The notes below the pieces were generated by a model. It ran no database searches, had not been told where the DNA came from, and saw nothing but the letters and a program-made list of their open reading frames with translations. Positions 39,081-54,779 of a stretch of 64,000 bases of DNA are shown in pieces. Source of the stretch: Squalus acanthias. Taxonomy: Eukaryota. Both the position numbers and the translations under genes were made by a program. Location: the NCBI GenBank assembly GCA_030390025.1, contig JASTWF010000034.1, positions 3,162,001 to 3,226,000 on the forward strand. The letters are read 5' to 3'. Every line of letters starts with the position of its first letter. The first letter of the stretch is position 1.

Positions 39081-42000
39081 CTACACTGGGGTACAAAGTT
39101 ACAGTGATTGTTAATTTTACATGATACCCTCTACACCGAGGAAAAAGGTTACAGTTAAAAGTTTATTTGACATGATGCCCTCTACACCGGGGAATAAAGT
39201 TACATTAAATTGTTAATTTAGAAATGAATCCCTCGAAACCGGGGAATAAAGTTACACTGAATTTTTAATTTGACATGATGCCCTCTACGCCGGGGTATAA
39301 AGTTTCAGCTAATTCTTAAGTTCGATAGGATGCCCTCTAGATTGGTGAATAAAATGACAGTTAATTTTTAATTTAGACATGATACCTTCTAAACTGGGGA
39401 ATAAAGATATTGTTGACTGTTAATTTGACATGATACCCTCTAAACCGGGGTATTAAGTTACAGTTAATTGTTTAGTTTGACCTGATACCCTCTACATCGT
39501 GTAAAAAAGTTACAATCACTTTTTAATTTGACATGGTACTCCCTACATCGGGTAATAAAGTTACAGTAAATTGTTAACTGAGACATAATGCCCTCTACAT
39601 CGGGGAATAAACTTACAGTTAATTTTTAATTTGAAATGATTCACTCTACACCAGGGAATAAAGTTACAGTGAATTGTTAATTTAGACATAATTCCCACTA
39701 CACCGGGAAATGAAGTTACAGTTAATTGTTAATTTAATCATGAAACCCTCCACACTGGGGAATAAATTTACAGTTAATTGCTAATTTTGAAATGATGCGC
39801 TCTACACCGGGAAATAAAGTTACAGTTAGTTTTTAATTTAGACATGAGTCACTCTACACAGGGTAATGAAGTTACAGTTAGTTTTTAATTTAGACATGAT
39901 ACCCTGTATACCGGGAAATAAAGATAGAGTTAATTGTTAATTTGTCATGATGTCCTCTGCACCGGGTAAAAAAGTTACAGTTAATTGTTAATTTTACATA
40001 TGATACCCTCTACACTGGGGAAAACAGTTATAGTTAATTGTTAATTTAGACATGATACCTTCTACAAAGGGGAATAAAGTTACATTTAATGGTTTATTTA
40101 GAATTGATTCCCTCCACACCGGGGAATATAGTTACAGTTAATTGATAATTTTGATAAAATACCTTCTACAAAGGGGAATAAAGTTACATATAACGATGTA
40201 TTTAGACATGATACCCTCCACACCGGGGAATATAGTTCCAGTTAATTGATAATTTTGACATGATACCTTCTACAAAGGGTAATAAAGTTACATTTAATGA
40301 TTTATTTAGACATGATACCCTCTACACCGGGGAATAAAGTTACAGTTAATTGTTTATTTGACATGATATCCTCTACACCGGGGAATAAAGTTACATTTAA
40401 TTGTTAATTTATGCATGATACCCTCTGCACCAGAGAATAAAGTTACAGTTAATTGTTGAATTGACATGATAACCTCTACACTGTGGAATAAATTTACAGT
40501 TATTTTTTTAACATGATAATCTCTACACCGGGGAATAATGTTACAGTTACTTGTTAATTTCGACATGTTACCTTCTGCACAGTTGAATAAAGTTACAGTT
40601 AATTGTTAATTTGAAATTATGCACTCTACACCAGGGAATAAAGTTACAGTTAATTGTTAATTTAAACATGATGCCCTCTACAACGGGGAATAAAGTTACA
40701 GTTAATTGTTAATTTAAACGTGATGCCCTCTATACTGGGGAATAAAGTTACAGCAAATTGTTAATTTAGACAGGATTCCTTCAACACCGGGGAATATAGC
40801 TACAGTTAATTGTTAATTTAGACATAATTCCTTCTACATCGGGGAATATTGTAACAGTTAATTGTTAATTTAGACATGATACCCTCTAAACCTTGGAATA
40901 AAGTTACATTTAATGGTTTATTTAGACATGATTCCCTTGACACCGGGGAATATTGTTACAGTTAATTGCTAATATTGATATAATGCCCTCTACACCGGGA
41001 AATAAAGTTACAGTTAATTGTTAATTTGATATGATATCCTCTACACCGGGGAATAAAGTAATAGTCAATTGTTAATGTAGACATGATACCTTCTACAAAG
41101 GGGAATAAAGTTACAGTTAATTGTTAATTTGATATGATATCCTCTACACCGGGGAATAAAGTTATAGTTAATTGTAAATTTAGACATGATGCCTTCTACA
41201 AAGGGGAATAAAGTTACATTTAATGGTTTATTTAGACATGATGCCCGCCACACCACGGAATATAGTTACAGTTAATTGATAATTTTGACATGATACCTTC
41301 TACAAAGGGGAATAAAGTTACATTTAATGGTTTATTTAGACGTGACACCCTCTACACCGGGGAATAAAGTTACAGTTAATTGTTTATCTGTCATGATACC
41401 CTCTACACTGTGGAATAAAGTTACAGTTAATTGTTTATTTGTCATGATATCCTCTACACCGGGGAATAAAGTTACATTTCATTGTTAATTTATGCATGAT
41501 ACCCTCTGCACCAGAAAATAAAGTTACAGTTAATTGTTGATTTGACATGATACCCTCTGCACTATGGAATAAATTTACAGTCATTTTTTTAACATGATAA
41601 TCTCTACACTGGGGAATAAAGTTACAGTTACTTGTTAATTTCGACATGGTACCTTCTGCACAGTTGAATAAAGTTACAGTTAATTGTTATTTTGAAATGA
41701 TGCACTCTACACCAGGGAATAAAGTTACAGTTAATTGTTAATTAAACATGATGCCCTCTGCATCGGGCAATACAGTTACAGTTAATTGTTAATTTAAACG
41801 TGATGCCCACTATACTGGGGAATAAAGTTACAGCAAATTGTTAATTTAGACAGCATTCATTCAACACCGGGGAATATAGCTACAGTTAATTGTTAATTTA
41901 GACATAATTCCTTCTACATCGGGGAATATAGTAACAGTTAATTGTTAATTTAGACATGATACCCTCTAAACCGTGGAATAAAGTTACATTTAATGGTTTA

Positions 42001-42099
42001 TTTAGACATGATTCCCTTGACACCGGGGAATATAGTTACAGTTAATTGCTAATATTGATATAATGCCCTCTACACCGGGAAATAAAGTTACAGTTAATT

Positions 42100-45000
42100 G
42101 TTAATTTGATATGATATCCTCTACACCGGGGAATAAAGTTATAGTTAATTGTTAATTTAGACATGATGCCTTCTACAAAGGGGAATAAAGTTACATTTAA
42201 TGTTTATTTAGACATGATGCCCGCCACACCACGGAATATAGTTACAGTTAAGTGATAATTTTGACATGATACCTTCTACAAAGGGGAATAAAGTTACATT
42301 TAATGGTTTATTTAGACATGATGCCCGCCACACCACGGAATATAGTTACAGTTAAGTGACAATTTTGACATGATACCTTCTACAAACGGGAATAAAGTTA
42401 CATTTAATGGTTTATTTAGACATGATACCCTCTACACCGGGGAATAAAGTTACAGTTAATTGTTTATCTGTCATGATACCCTCTACACTGTGGAATAAAG
42501 TTACAGTTAATTGTTTATTTGTCATGATATCCTCTACACCGGGGAATAAAGTTACATTTAATTGTTAATTTATGCATGATACCCTCTGCACCAGAAAATA
42601 AAGTTACAGTTAATTGTTGATTTAAACGTGATGCCCACTATACTGGGGAATAAAGTTACAGCAAATTGTTAATTTAGACAGCATTCATTAAAAACCGGGG
42701 AATATAGCTACAGTTAATTGTTAATTTAGACATAATTCCTTCTACATCGGGGAATATAGTAACAGTTAATTGTTAATTTAGACATGATACCCTCTAAACC
42801 GGGGAATAACGTTACATGTAATGGTTTATTTAGACATGATTCCCTTGACACCGGGGAATATAGTTACAGTTAATTGCTAATTTTGATATAATGCCCTCTA
42901 CACCGGGAAATAAAGTTACAGTTAATTGTTAATTTGATATCATACCTTCTACACCGGGGAATAAAGATACATTTAATTGTTAATTTGATATGATATCCTC
43001 TACACCGGGGAATAAAGTTATAGTTAATTGTTAATTTAGACATGATACCTTCTACAAAGGGGAATAAAGATACTGTTAATTGTTAATTTGATATGATATC
43101 CTCTACACCGGGGAATAAAGTTATAGTTAATTGTAAATTTAGACATGATGCCTTCTACAAAGGGGAATAAAGTTACATTTAATGGTTTATTTAGACATGA
43201 TGCCCGCCACACCACGGAATATAGTTACAGTTAAGTGATAATTTTGACATGATACCTCCTACAAAGGGGAATAAAGTTACATTTAATGGTTTATTTAGAC
43301 ATGATGCCCGCCACACCACGGAATATAGTTACAGTTAAGTGATAATTTAGACATGATACCTTCTACAAAGGGGAATAAAGTTACATTTAATGGTTTATTT
43401 AGACATGATACCCTCTACACCGGGGAATAAAGTTACAGTTAATTGTTTATCTGTCATGATACCCTCTACACTGTGGAATAAAGTTACAGTTAATTGTTTA
43501 TTTGTCATGATATCCTCTACACCGGGGAATAAAGTTACATTTAATTGTTAATTTATGCATGATACCCTCTGCACCAGAAAATAAAGTTACAGTTAATTGT
43601 TGATTTAAACGTGATGCCCACTATACTGGGGAATAAAGTTACAGCAAATTGTTAATTTAGACAGCATTCATTAAAAACCGGGGAATATAGCTACAGTTAA
43701 TTGTTAATTTAGACATAATTCCTTCTACATCGGGGAATATAGTAACAGTTAATTGTTAATTTAGACATGATACCCTCTAAACCGGGGAATAACGTTACAT
43801 TTAATGGTTTATTTAGACATGATTCCCTTGACACCGGGGAATATAGTTACAGTTAATTGCTAATTTTGATATAATGCCCTCTACACCGGGAAATAAAGTT
43901 ACAGTTAATTGTTAATTTGATATCATACCTTCTACACCGGGGAATAAAGATACATTTAATTGTTAATTTGATATGATATCCTCTACACCGGGGAATAAAG
44001 TTATAGTTAATTGTTAATTTAGACATGATACCTTCTACAAAGGGGAATAAAGATACTGTTAATTGTTAATTTGATATGATATCCTCTACACCGGGGAATA
44101 AAGTTATAGTTAATTGTAAATTTAGACATGATGCCTTCTACAAAGGGGAATAAAGTTACATTTAATGGTTTATTTAGACATGATGCCCGCCACACCACGG
44201 AATATAGTTACAGTTAAGTGATAATTTTGACATGATACCTCCTACAAAGGGGAATAAAGTTACATTTAATGGTTTATTTAGACATGATGCCCGCCACACC
44301 ACGGAATATAGTTACAGTTAAGTGATAATTTAGACATGATACCTTCTACAAAGGGGAATAAAGTTACATTTAATGGTTTATTTAGACATGATACCCTCTA
44401 CACCGGGGAATAAAGTTACAGTTAATTGTTTATCTGTCATGATACCCTCTACACTGTGGAATAAAGTTACAGTTAATTGTTTATTTGTCATGATATCCTC
44501 TACACCGGGGAATAAAGTTACATTTAATTGTTAATTTATGCATGATACCCTCTGCACCAGAAAATAAAGTTACAGTTAATTGTTGATTTAAACGTGATGC
44601 CCACTATACTGGGGAATAAAGTTACAGCAAATTGTTAATTTAGACAGCATTCATTAAAAACCGGGGAATATAGCTACAGTTAATTGTTAATTTAGACATA
44701 ATTCCTTCTACATCGGGGAATATAGTAACAGTTAATTGTTAATTTAGACATGATACCCTCTAAACCGGGGAATAACGTTACATTTAATGGTTTATTTAGA
44801 CATGATTCCCTTGACACCGGGGAATATAGTTACAGTTAATTGCTAATTTTGATATAATGCCCTCTACACCGGGAAATAAAGTTACAGTTAATTGTTAATT
44901 TGATATCATACCTTCTACACCGGGGAATAAAGATACATTTAATTGTTAATTTGATATGATATCCTCTACACCGGGGAATAAAGTTATAGTTAATTGTTAA

Positions 45001-46190
45001 TTTAGACATGATACCTTCTACAAAGGGGAATAAAGATACTGTTAATTGTTAATTTGATATGATATCCTCTACACCGGGGAATAAAGTTATAGTTAATTGT
45101 AAATTTAGACATGATGCCTTCTACAAAGGGGAATAAAGTTACATTTAATGGTTTATTTAGACATGATGCCCGCCACACCACGGAATATAGTTACAGTTAA
45201 GTGATAATTTTGACATGATACCTCCTACAAAGGGGAATAAAGTTACATTTAATGGTTTATTTAGACATGATGCCCGCCACACCACGGAATATAGTTACAG
45301 TTAAGTGATAATTTAGACATGATACCTTCTACAAAGGGGAATAAAGTTACATTTAATGGTTTATTTAGACATGATACCCTCTACACCGGGGAATAAAGTT
45401 ACAGTTAATTGTTTATCTGTCATGATACCCTCTACACTGTGGAATAAAGTTACAGTTAATTGTTTATTTGTCATGATATCCTCTACACCGGGGAATAAAG
45501 TTACATTTAATTGTTAATTTATGCATGATACCCTCTGCACCAGAAAATAAAGTTACAGTTAATTGTTGATTTAAACGTGATGCCCACTATACTGGGGAAT
45601 AAAGTTACAGCAAATTGTTAATTTAGACAGCATTCATTAAAAACCGGGGAATATAGCTACAGTTAATTGTTAATTTAGACATAATTCCTTCTACATCGGG
45701 GAATATAGTAACAGTTAATTGTTAATTTAGACATGATACCCTCTAAACCGGGGAATAACGTTACATTTAATGGTTTATTTAGACATGATTCCCTTGACAC
45801 CGGGAATATAGTTACAGTTAATTGCTAATTTTGATATAATGCCCTCTACACCGGGAAATAAAGTTACAGTTAATTGTTAATTTGATATCATACCTTCTAC
45901 ACCGGGGAATAAAGATACAGTTAATTGTTAATTTGATATGATATCCTCTACACCGGGGAATAAAGTTACAGTTAATTGTTAATTTAGACATGATACCTTC
46001 TACAAAGGGGAATAAAGATACTGTTAATTGTTAATTTGATATGATATCCTCTTCACCGGGGAATAAAGTTATAGTTAATTGTAAATTTAGACATGATGCC
46101 TTCTACAAAGGGGAATAAAGTTACATTTAATGGTTTATTTAGACATGATGCCCGCCACACCACGGAATATAGTTACAGTAAATTGATAAT
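42100..46190. repeat. 983-bp higher-order repeat (19 monomers), about 4 near-identical copies
   Basis: GCATTCATTAAAAACCGGGG at 42681, 43664, 44647 and 45630 (exact 983 spacing). I counted 19 monomers in one unit. Confidence 0.95.
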
Positions 46191-49100
46191 ATTGCCATAA
46201 CACCCTCTACAGCGGGAAGTAAAGTTAAAGTTAATTATTAATTTAGACAGGATACCCTCTACACCGGGGAATGAAGTTACAGTTAATTGTTAATTTATAC
46301 ATGATACCCTCTGCACCAGAGAATAAAGTTACAGTTAATTGTTAAATTGACATTATACCCTCTACACTGTTGAATAAAGTTACAGTAATTTTTTTAACAT
46401 GGTAATCTCTACACCGGGGAATAAAGTTACAGTTATTTGTTAATTTCGACATGATACCCTCGGCACCGGGGAATAAAGTAATTTTCAATTGTTAATTTAG
46501 GCATGAAACCCTATACAGCAGGGAGTAAATTTACTGTTAATTGTTAATTTGACATGATATCCTATTCACCGTGGAATAAAGTTACAGTTAATTGTTACTT
46601 TAGACATGATACCCTCTACCCCGGGGAATCATTTTACAGTTAATTGTTAATATGACATGAAGCCCTCTACACCGGGGTTTAAAGTTAAATGTTAATTGTT
46701 AATTTGACATGATACCCTCTACACTGGGGATTAAAGTTAGAGTTAATTATTAATTTGACATACTGCCCACAACACTGGGGAATAAATTTAATGTTTATTT
46801 TTAATTTGTCATGAAAACATCTACACAGGGGAATAAAGTTGCAGCAAATTGTTAATTTAGACATGATACCCTCTACACCGAGGAATAAAGATACAGTTAA
46901 ATGTTAATTTGACATTGATTCCTCCTACACCGGGGAATAAAGTTACAGTTAGTTGTTAATTTATCAATGATTCCCTCTAAACTGGGGAATAAAGTTACAC
47001 TTAATTGATCATTTGAAATGATACACTGTACACCTGGGAAAAAAGTTACAATTAGTTTTTAATTTGTCATGATACACTCTACACCTTGGAATAAAATTAC
47101 ACTTAATTGTTAATTTAGACATGATACGCTCTTCAATGGGGAATTAAAATTACACTTAATTTTTAATTTGACATGATGCCCTCTACACCAGGGAATAAAG
47201 TTTCATATATTGTTAATTTCGAGAGGATGCCCTCTGCATTGGTGAATAAAATTACAGTTAATTTTTAATTTAGGCATTATACCTTCTACAGTGGGGAATA
47301 AAGTTAAAGTTAATTTTTAGTTTGACATGTTACCCACTAAACCGTGGTATAAAGTTATAGTTAATTGTTAATTTAGACATGATACCCTCTGCATCCGGCA
47401 ATAAAGTTACAATCAATGTTGAATTTGACATGATACTCCCTACATCGGGTAATAAAGTTACAGTAAATTGTTAACTGAGACATGATACCCTCTACACCGG
47501 GGAATAAATTACAGTTAATTGTTAATTTGACATGATTCACTCTACACCGGGGTATGAAGTTACATGTAATTGTTAATTTGACCTGATACCCTCTACACTG
47601 GGGAGTAAAGTTACAGAAAATTGTTAAGTTAATCATGATACCCTCTACACTGGGGAGTAAAGTTACAGTTAATTGCTAATTTTGACATGATGCGCTCTAC
47701 AATGGGAAATAAAGTTACAATTAAATGGTAATTGAGACATTATGCCCTCTACACCGGGAATAAATTAACAGATAGTTTTTAATTAAGACATGATACCCTG
47801 TATACCGGGCAATAAAGTTAAAATTCATTGTTAATTTAGACATGATACCTTCTGCACACTTGAATAAATTTACAGTTAATTGCTAATTTAGACATGATTC
47901 CCGTCACATCGGGGAATAAAGTTACAAATAATTGTTAATTTAGACATGATTCCCCTTACACCCGGGAATAAAGTTACAGTTAATTGCTAATATTGACATG
48001 ATACCCTCTACACCGGGGAATAATTTTACAGTTAATTGTTAATTTTGACATGATTCCCTCAACACCGGGGAATAAATGTACAGTTAATTGCTAATTTTGG
48101 CATGATGTGCTCTACACCGGGAAATAAAGTTACAGTTAAATGGTAATTGAGACATGATACCCTCTGCACCGCGACATAAAGTTACAGTTAATAGTTCATT
48201 GAGACATGAAGCCCTCTGCACAGGTGAATAAAGTTACAGTTAAATGTTAATGTAGACATGATACCCTGTATACCGGGGAATAATTTTGCAGTTAATTGTT
48301 AATTTGACAGGATACCCTCTACACCAGGGAATGAAGTTACAGTTAATTGTTAATTTGACATGATGCCCTCTACACTTGGGAGTAAAGTTACAGTGAATTG
48401 TTAATTTAATAATGAAACCCTCTACACTGGGGAATAAAGTTACAGTTAATTGCTAATTTTGACATGATACCCTCTACACTGGGGAATAAAATTACAGATA
48501 ATTGCTAATTTAGACATGATGCGCTCTACACCGGGGAATAAAGTTACAGTTAAATGGTAATTGAGACATGATGCCCTCTACAGCAGGGAATAAAGTTACA
48601 GTTAGTTTTTAATTTAGACATGATACCCTGTGTACCAGGGAATAATTTTAAAGTTAATTGTTAATTTTGACATGAAGCCTTCTACAATGCGGACTAAAGT
48701 TACATGTTAATTGTTAATTTGACATGATACTGTCTACACCGGGGAGTAAAGTTGGTGTTAATTTTTAATTTTACCTGATGCACACTACACTGGGGAATAA
48801 ATTTAAAATTAATTTTTAATTTGTCATGTAAACATCTACACTGGAGAAAAAAGTTACAGTTGATTTTAAATTTTACATGATACCCTCTACACCGGGGACT
48901 AAAGATACAGTTAATTTGTTATTATGACATGATGACATGACACTGGGGAATAATTTTAAAGTTAATTTTGAATTTGTCATGGAAACATCTACCCTGGGGA
49001 AAAAAGTTACAGTTGATTGTTAATTTTAAATGATACCCTCTACACCGGGGAATAAAGTTACAGTAAATTGTTAATTTAGAGATGATACCCTCTACGCGAG

Positions 49101-49489
49101 GGATAAAGATACAGTTAAATGTTAATTTAACATGATGCCCTCTACACCGGGGAATGAAGTTACAGTTAATTGTTAATATAGAAGTGATTCCCTCTAAACC
49201 GGGGAATAAAGTTACACTTAATTGTTAATTAGACATGATACACTTTAAACCAGGGAATAAAGTTACAATTACTTGTTAATTTCGACATGGTACCCTATAC
49301 ACCGGATAATAAAGTTACAGTTAATTGTTAATCTGAAATGATGCCCTCGAAACTGGGGAATAAAGTTATAGTTAATTATGAATTTGACATGATACTCTCT
49401 ATACTGGGGAATAAAGTTACAGTTGATTGTGAATTTGACATGATACCCTTTACACTGGTGAATACTGTAATAGTCAATTGTTTATAAGA

Positions 49490-52380
49490 CTTGGTAACCT
49501 CTACACCGGGCAATAAAGTTACAGTAAATTGTAAATTCAGACATGATACCCTCTACACCGTGAAGTAAAGTTACAGTTAAATATTAATATGACATGATTG
49601 CCTCTGCACCGGGGAATAAACTTACAATTAATTGTTAATTTGATATGATGCACTCTACACCAGGGAATAAAGTTACATTGAATTGCTAATTTCGACATGA
49701 TTCCCGCTATTCCAGGGAATGAAGTTACAGTTAGTTGTTAATTTAGACATGATACCCTCTACAACGGGGAATAACATTAAAGTTAATTATTAATTTGATA
49801 TGATGCCCTCTACACCAGGGAATAATGTTACAATTAATTGTTAACTTAAACATCATACCCTCCAGACCGGGGAATATATTTACAGTTAATTGCAAATTTT
49901 TACATGATGCCCTCTACACCGGGGAATAAAGTTACGGTAAATTGTTAATTTAGACATGATTCCCTCTACACCGGGTAATGAAGTTAGATGTTTTGATAAT
50001 TTGACATGATACCCTCCAAATCGGGGAATAGTGTTACAAATAATTCTTAATTTAGACATTATACCTTCTGCCAAGGGGAATAAAGTCACATTTAACGGTT
50101 GAATTAGATATGATTCCCTCCAAACCGGATAATATTGTTACATTTTATTCTTAATCTACACATTATACCTTCTGCAAATGGAAATAAATTTACATTTAAT
50201 TGTTAATTTATACAGTATTCCCTCCACACCGGGGAATATAGTTACAGTTAATTGCTACTTTAGACATGATGCCCTCTAAACCATTGAATAATGTTACTGT
50301 TAATTGTTAAATAAAGCATCATACCCTCCACCCCGCGGAATACATTTACAGATATTTGCTAATTTTGACATGATGCCCTCTGCACCGGGGAATAAAGTTA
50401 CAGTTAATTGTTAATTTTGACATGATACCCTCTACACCAGGGAATAAAGTTACAGTTAATAGTTAATTTGAGATGATGCCCTCTACACCGGTGAATAAAG
50501 TTTCAATTAATTGTTAATTTCGAAAAGATGCCCTCTACATTGTTGAATAAAGTTACAGTTAATTGTTAATTTAGACATAATGTACTCTACACCAGGAAAT
50601 ATAGATACAGTGAATTGTTAATTTAGACATGATTCCCTCTACACTGGGGAATAAAGTTACAGTTAATTGTTAATTTGACATGATGTCCTCCACGGCGGGA
50701 ATACATTTACAATTAATTCTAAATTTCAACATGATACCCGCTACACTGGTTAATTAAAATGACAGATAATTGTTTATTTGACATGATGCCCTCTACACCG
50801 GGTAATAAAGCTACAGTTAATTTGTTAAAATGACATGATGCCATGAAACTGGGGAATAATTTTAAAGTTAATTTTTAATTTGTCCTGGAAACATTTCCCT
50901 GGGGAAAAAAGTTACAGTTGATTGTTAATTTTAAATGATACCCTCTACACCGGGCAATAAAGTTACAGTAAATTGTAAATTCAGACATGATACCCTCTAC
51001 ACCGTGAAGTAAAGTTTCAGTTAAATATTAATATGACATGATTGCCTCTGCACCGGGGAATAAACTTACAATTAATTGTTAATTTGATATGATGCACTCT
51101 ACACCAGGGAATAAAGTTACATTGAATTGTTAATTTCGACATGATTCCCTCTATTCCAGGGAATGAAGTTACAGTTAGTTGTTAATTTAGACATGATACC
51201 CTCTCCAACGGGGAATAACATTAAAGTTAATTATTAATTTGATATGATGCCCTCTACACCAGGGAATAATGTTACAATTAATTGTTAACTTAAACATCAT
51301 ACCCTCCAGACCGGGGAATATATTTACAGTTAATTGCAAATTTTTACATGATGCCCTCTACACCGGGGAATAAAGTTACGGTAAATTGTTAATTTAGACA
51401 TGATTCCCTCTACACCGGGTAATGAAGTTAGATGTTTTGATAATTTGACATGATACCCTCCAAATCGGGGAATAGTGTTACAAATAATTCTTAATTTAGA
51501 CATTATACCTTCTGCCAAGGGGAATAAAGTCACATTTAACGGTTGAATTAGATATGATTCCCTCCAAACCGGATAATATTGTTACATTTTATTCTTAATC
51601 TACACATTATACCTTCTGCAAATGGAAATAAATTTACATTTAATTGTTAATTTATACAGTATTCCCTCCACACCGGGGAATATAGTTACAGTTAATTGCT
51701 ACTTTAGACATGATGCCCTCTAAACCATTGAATAATGTTACTGTTAATTGTTAAATAAAGCATCATACCCTCCACCCCGGGGAATACATTTACAGATATT
51801 TGCTAATTTTGACATGATGCCCTCTGCACCGGGGAATAAAGTTACAGTTAATTGTTAATTTTGACATGATACCCTCTACACCAGGGAATAAAGTTACAGT
51901 TAATAGTTAATTTGAGATGATGCCCTCTACACCGGTGAATAAAGTTTCAATTAATTGTTAATTTCGAAAAGATGCCCTCTACATTGTTGAATAAAGTTAC
52001 AGTTAATTGTTAATTTAGACATAATGTACTCTACACCAGGAAATATCGATACAGTGAATTGTTAATTTAGACATGATTCCCTCTACACTGGGGAATAAAG
52101 TTACAGTTAATTGTTAATTTGACATGATGTCCTCCACGGCGGGAATACATTTACAATTAATTCTAAATTTCAACATGATACCCGCTACACTGGTTAATTA
52201 AAATGACAGATAATTGTTTATTTGACATGATGCCCTCTACACCGGGTAATAAAGCTACAGTTAATTTGTTAATATGACATGATGCCATGAAACTGGGGAA
52301 TAATTTTAAAGTTAATTTTTAATTTGTCCTGGAAACATCTACCCTGGGGAAAAAAGTTACAGTTGATTGTTAATTTTAAA
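49490..52380. repeat. 1444-bp tandem duplication (~28 monomers)
   Basis: Identical ORF translations at 49886 and 51330, with the same series of rare variants. Confidence 0.88.
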
Positions 52381-54779
52381 TGATACCCTCGACACCGGGG
52401 AATAAAGTTACAGTAAATTGTTAATTTAGAGATGATACCCTCTACGCGAGGAATAAAGATACAGTTAAATGTTAATTTAACATGATGCCCTCTACACCGG
52501 GGAATGAAGTTACAGTTAATTGTTAATATAGAAATGATTCCCTCTAAACCGGGGAATAAATTTACACTTAATTGTTAATTAGACATGATACACTTTAAAC
52601 CAGGGTATAAAGTTACAATTACTTGTTAATTTCGACATGCTGCCCTATACACCGGATAATAAAGTTACAGTTAATTGTTAATATGAAATGATGCCCTCGA
52701 AACTGGGGAATAAAGTTATAGTTAATTGTGAATTTGACATGATACTCTCTATACTGGGGAATTAAGTTACAGTTGATTGTGAATTTGACATGATACCCTC
52801 TACACTGGTGAATACTGTAATAGTCAATTGTTTATAAGACTTGGTAACCTCTACACCGGGCAATAAAGTTACAGTAAATTGTTAATTAAGACATGATACC
52901 CTCTACACCGTGAAGTAAAGTTACAGTTAAATATTAATTTGACATGATTGCCTCTGCACCGGGGAATAAACTTACAATTAATTGTTAATTTGACATGATG
53001 CACTCTACACCAGGGAATAAAGTTACATTGTATTGTTAATTTAGACATGATTCCCGCTAGTCCAGGGAATGAAGTTACAGTTAATTGTTAATTTGACTTG
53101 ATGGCCTCTACACCGGGGAATAAATTTGCAGTTAACTGTTAATTTAGTCATGATACCTTTTAAACAGGGGCATACAGTTACAGTTAATTGTTAATTTTTA
53201 CATGAGGCACTCTACAGAGGGAAATAAAGTTACAGTTAATTGTTAATTCAGACAAGATACCCTGTATACCGGGGAATAAAGTTACAGTTAATTGTTAATT
53301 TGGCATGATGCCCTCTTCACCGGGGAATTAACATTACAGTTGATTGTTTATTTAACTTGATGTCCTCTACACCGGGAATAAATTTGCAGTTGACTGTTTA
53401 TTTAAAAATAATACCATCTACAACGGGGAATAATATTGAAGTTCATTATTAATTTGATATGACACCCTCTTCACCAGATTATAAATTTACAGCTCATTTT
53501 TAATTTAGTCATGTTATCCTCTACACCAGGGATTAAAGTCACCTTTAATTGTTAATTTAGACATGATTCCCTCCACACCGGGGAAAATAATTACAGTTAA
53601 TTGCTAATTTAGACATGATTCCCTCTAAACCGGTGAATAAAGTTACAATTAATTGTTAACTTAAACATCATACCCTCCACACCGCGGAATATAGTTACAG
53701 TTAATTGCTAATTTTTACATGATGCGCTCTACACAGGGAAAAAAAGTTACAGTTAATTGTTAAGTGAGACATGATGACCTCTACACCGGGCAATAAAGTT
53801 ACAGTGTATTGTTAATTTAGACATGATTCACTCTACACCGGGGAATGAAGTTACATGTTTTGTTAATTTGACATGATTCACACAACACCAGGGACTAAAG
53901 TTAGAGTTAATTATTAATTTGACATGATGCCCACTATATTGGGGAATAAATTTCAAGTTTATTTTTAATTTGTTATCAAAATATCTACCCTGGGGAAAAA
54001 AGTTACAGTCAAGTCTTTTAAAGACATGATAACCTCAACACCGGGGAATAAAGTTACATTAAATTGTTAATTTAGACATGTACCCTCTGCACCGCGTTTA
54101 AACTTATAGTTAATTGTTAATTTGACATGATGCACTCTACACCAAGTAATACAGTTGCATTGAATTCTTAATTTAGACATGATTCCCGCTATTCCAGGGA
54201 ATTAAGTTACGTTTAATTGTTAATGTTGAAATGATGCTCTTACTTTGGGGAATAAAGTTACAGTTAATTTTTCATTTAGACATGATACCCTCTACACCGA
54301 GGAATACAATTACATGTATTTGTTAATTTTGACATGATTCCCGCTACACCACGTAATATAGATACAGTTATTTGCTAATTTTTACATGATGCACTCTACC
54401 CAGGGAAAAAATGTTACAGATAATTGTTAATTCAGAAATGATACCCTGTATACCGGGGATTACAGTTACAGTTAATTGTTAATTTGACATGATGCCCAAT
54501 ACACTGGGAAATAAATTTAAAGTTAATTTTTAATTTGTCTTGAAAACATCTACACTGGGGAACAAAGTTACAGTTAATTGTTAACTTTACATGATACCCT
54601 CTACACCGGGGAATAAAGTTACAGTCAATTGTTAATTTATACATGATACCCTCTACACCGAGGAGTAAAGTTACAGTTAAATATTAATTTGACATGATTG
54701 CCTCTGCACCGGGGAATAAACTTATATTTAATTGTTAATTTGAAATGATGCAGTCTGCACCAGGGAATAAAGTTACATT

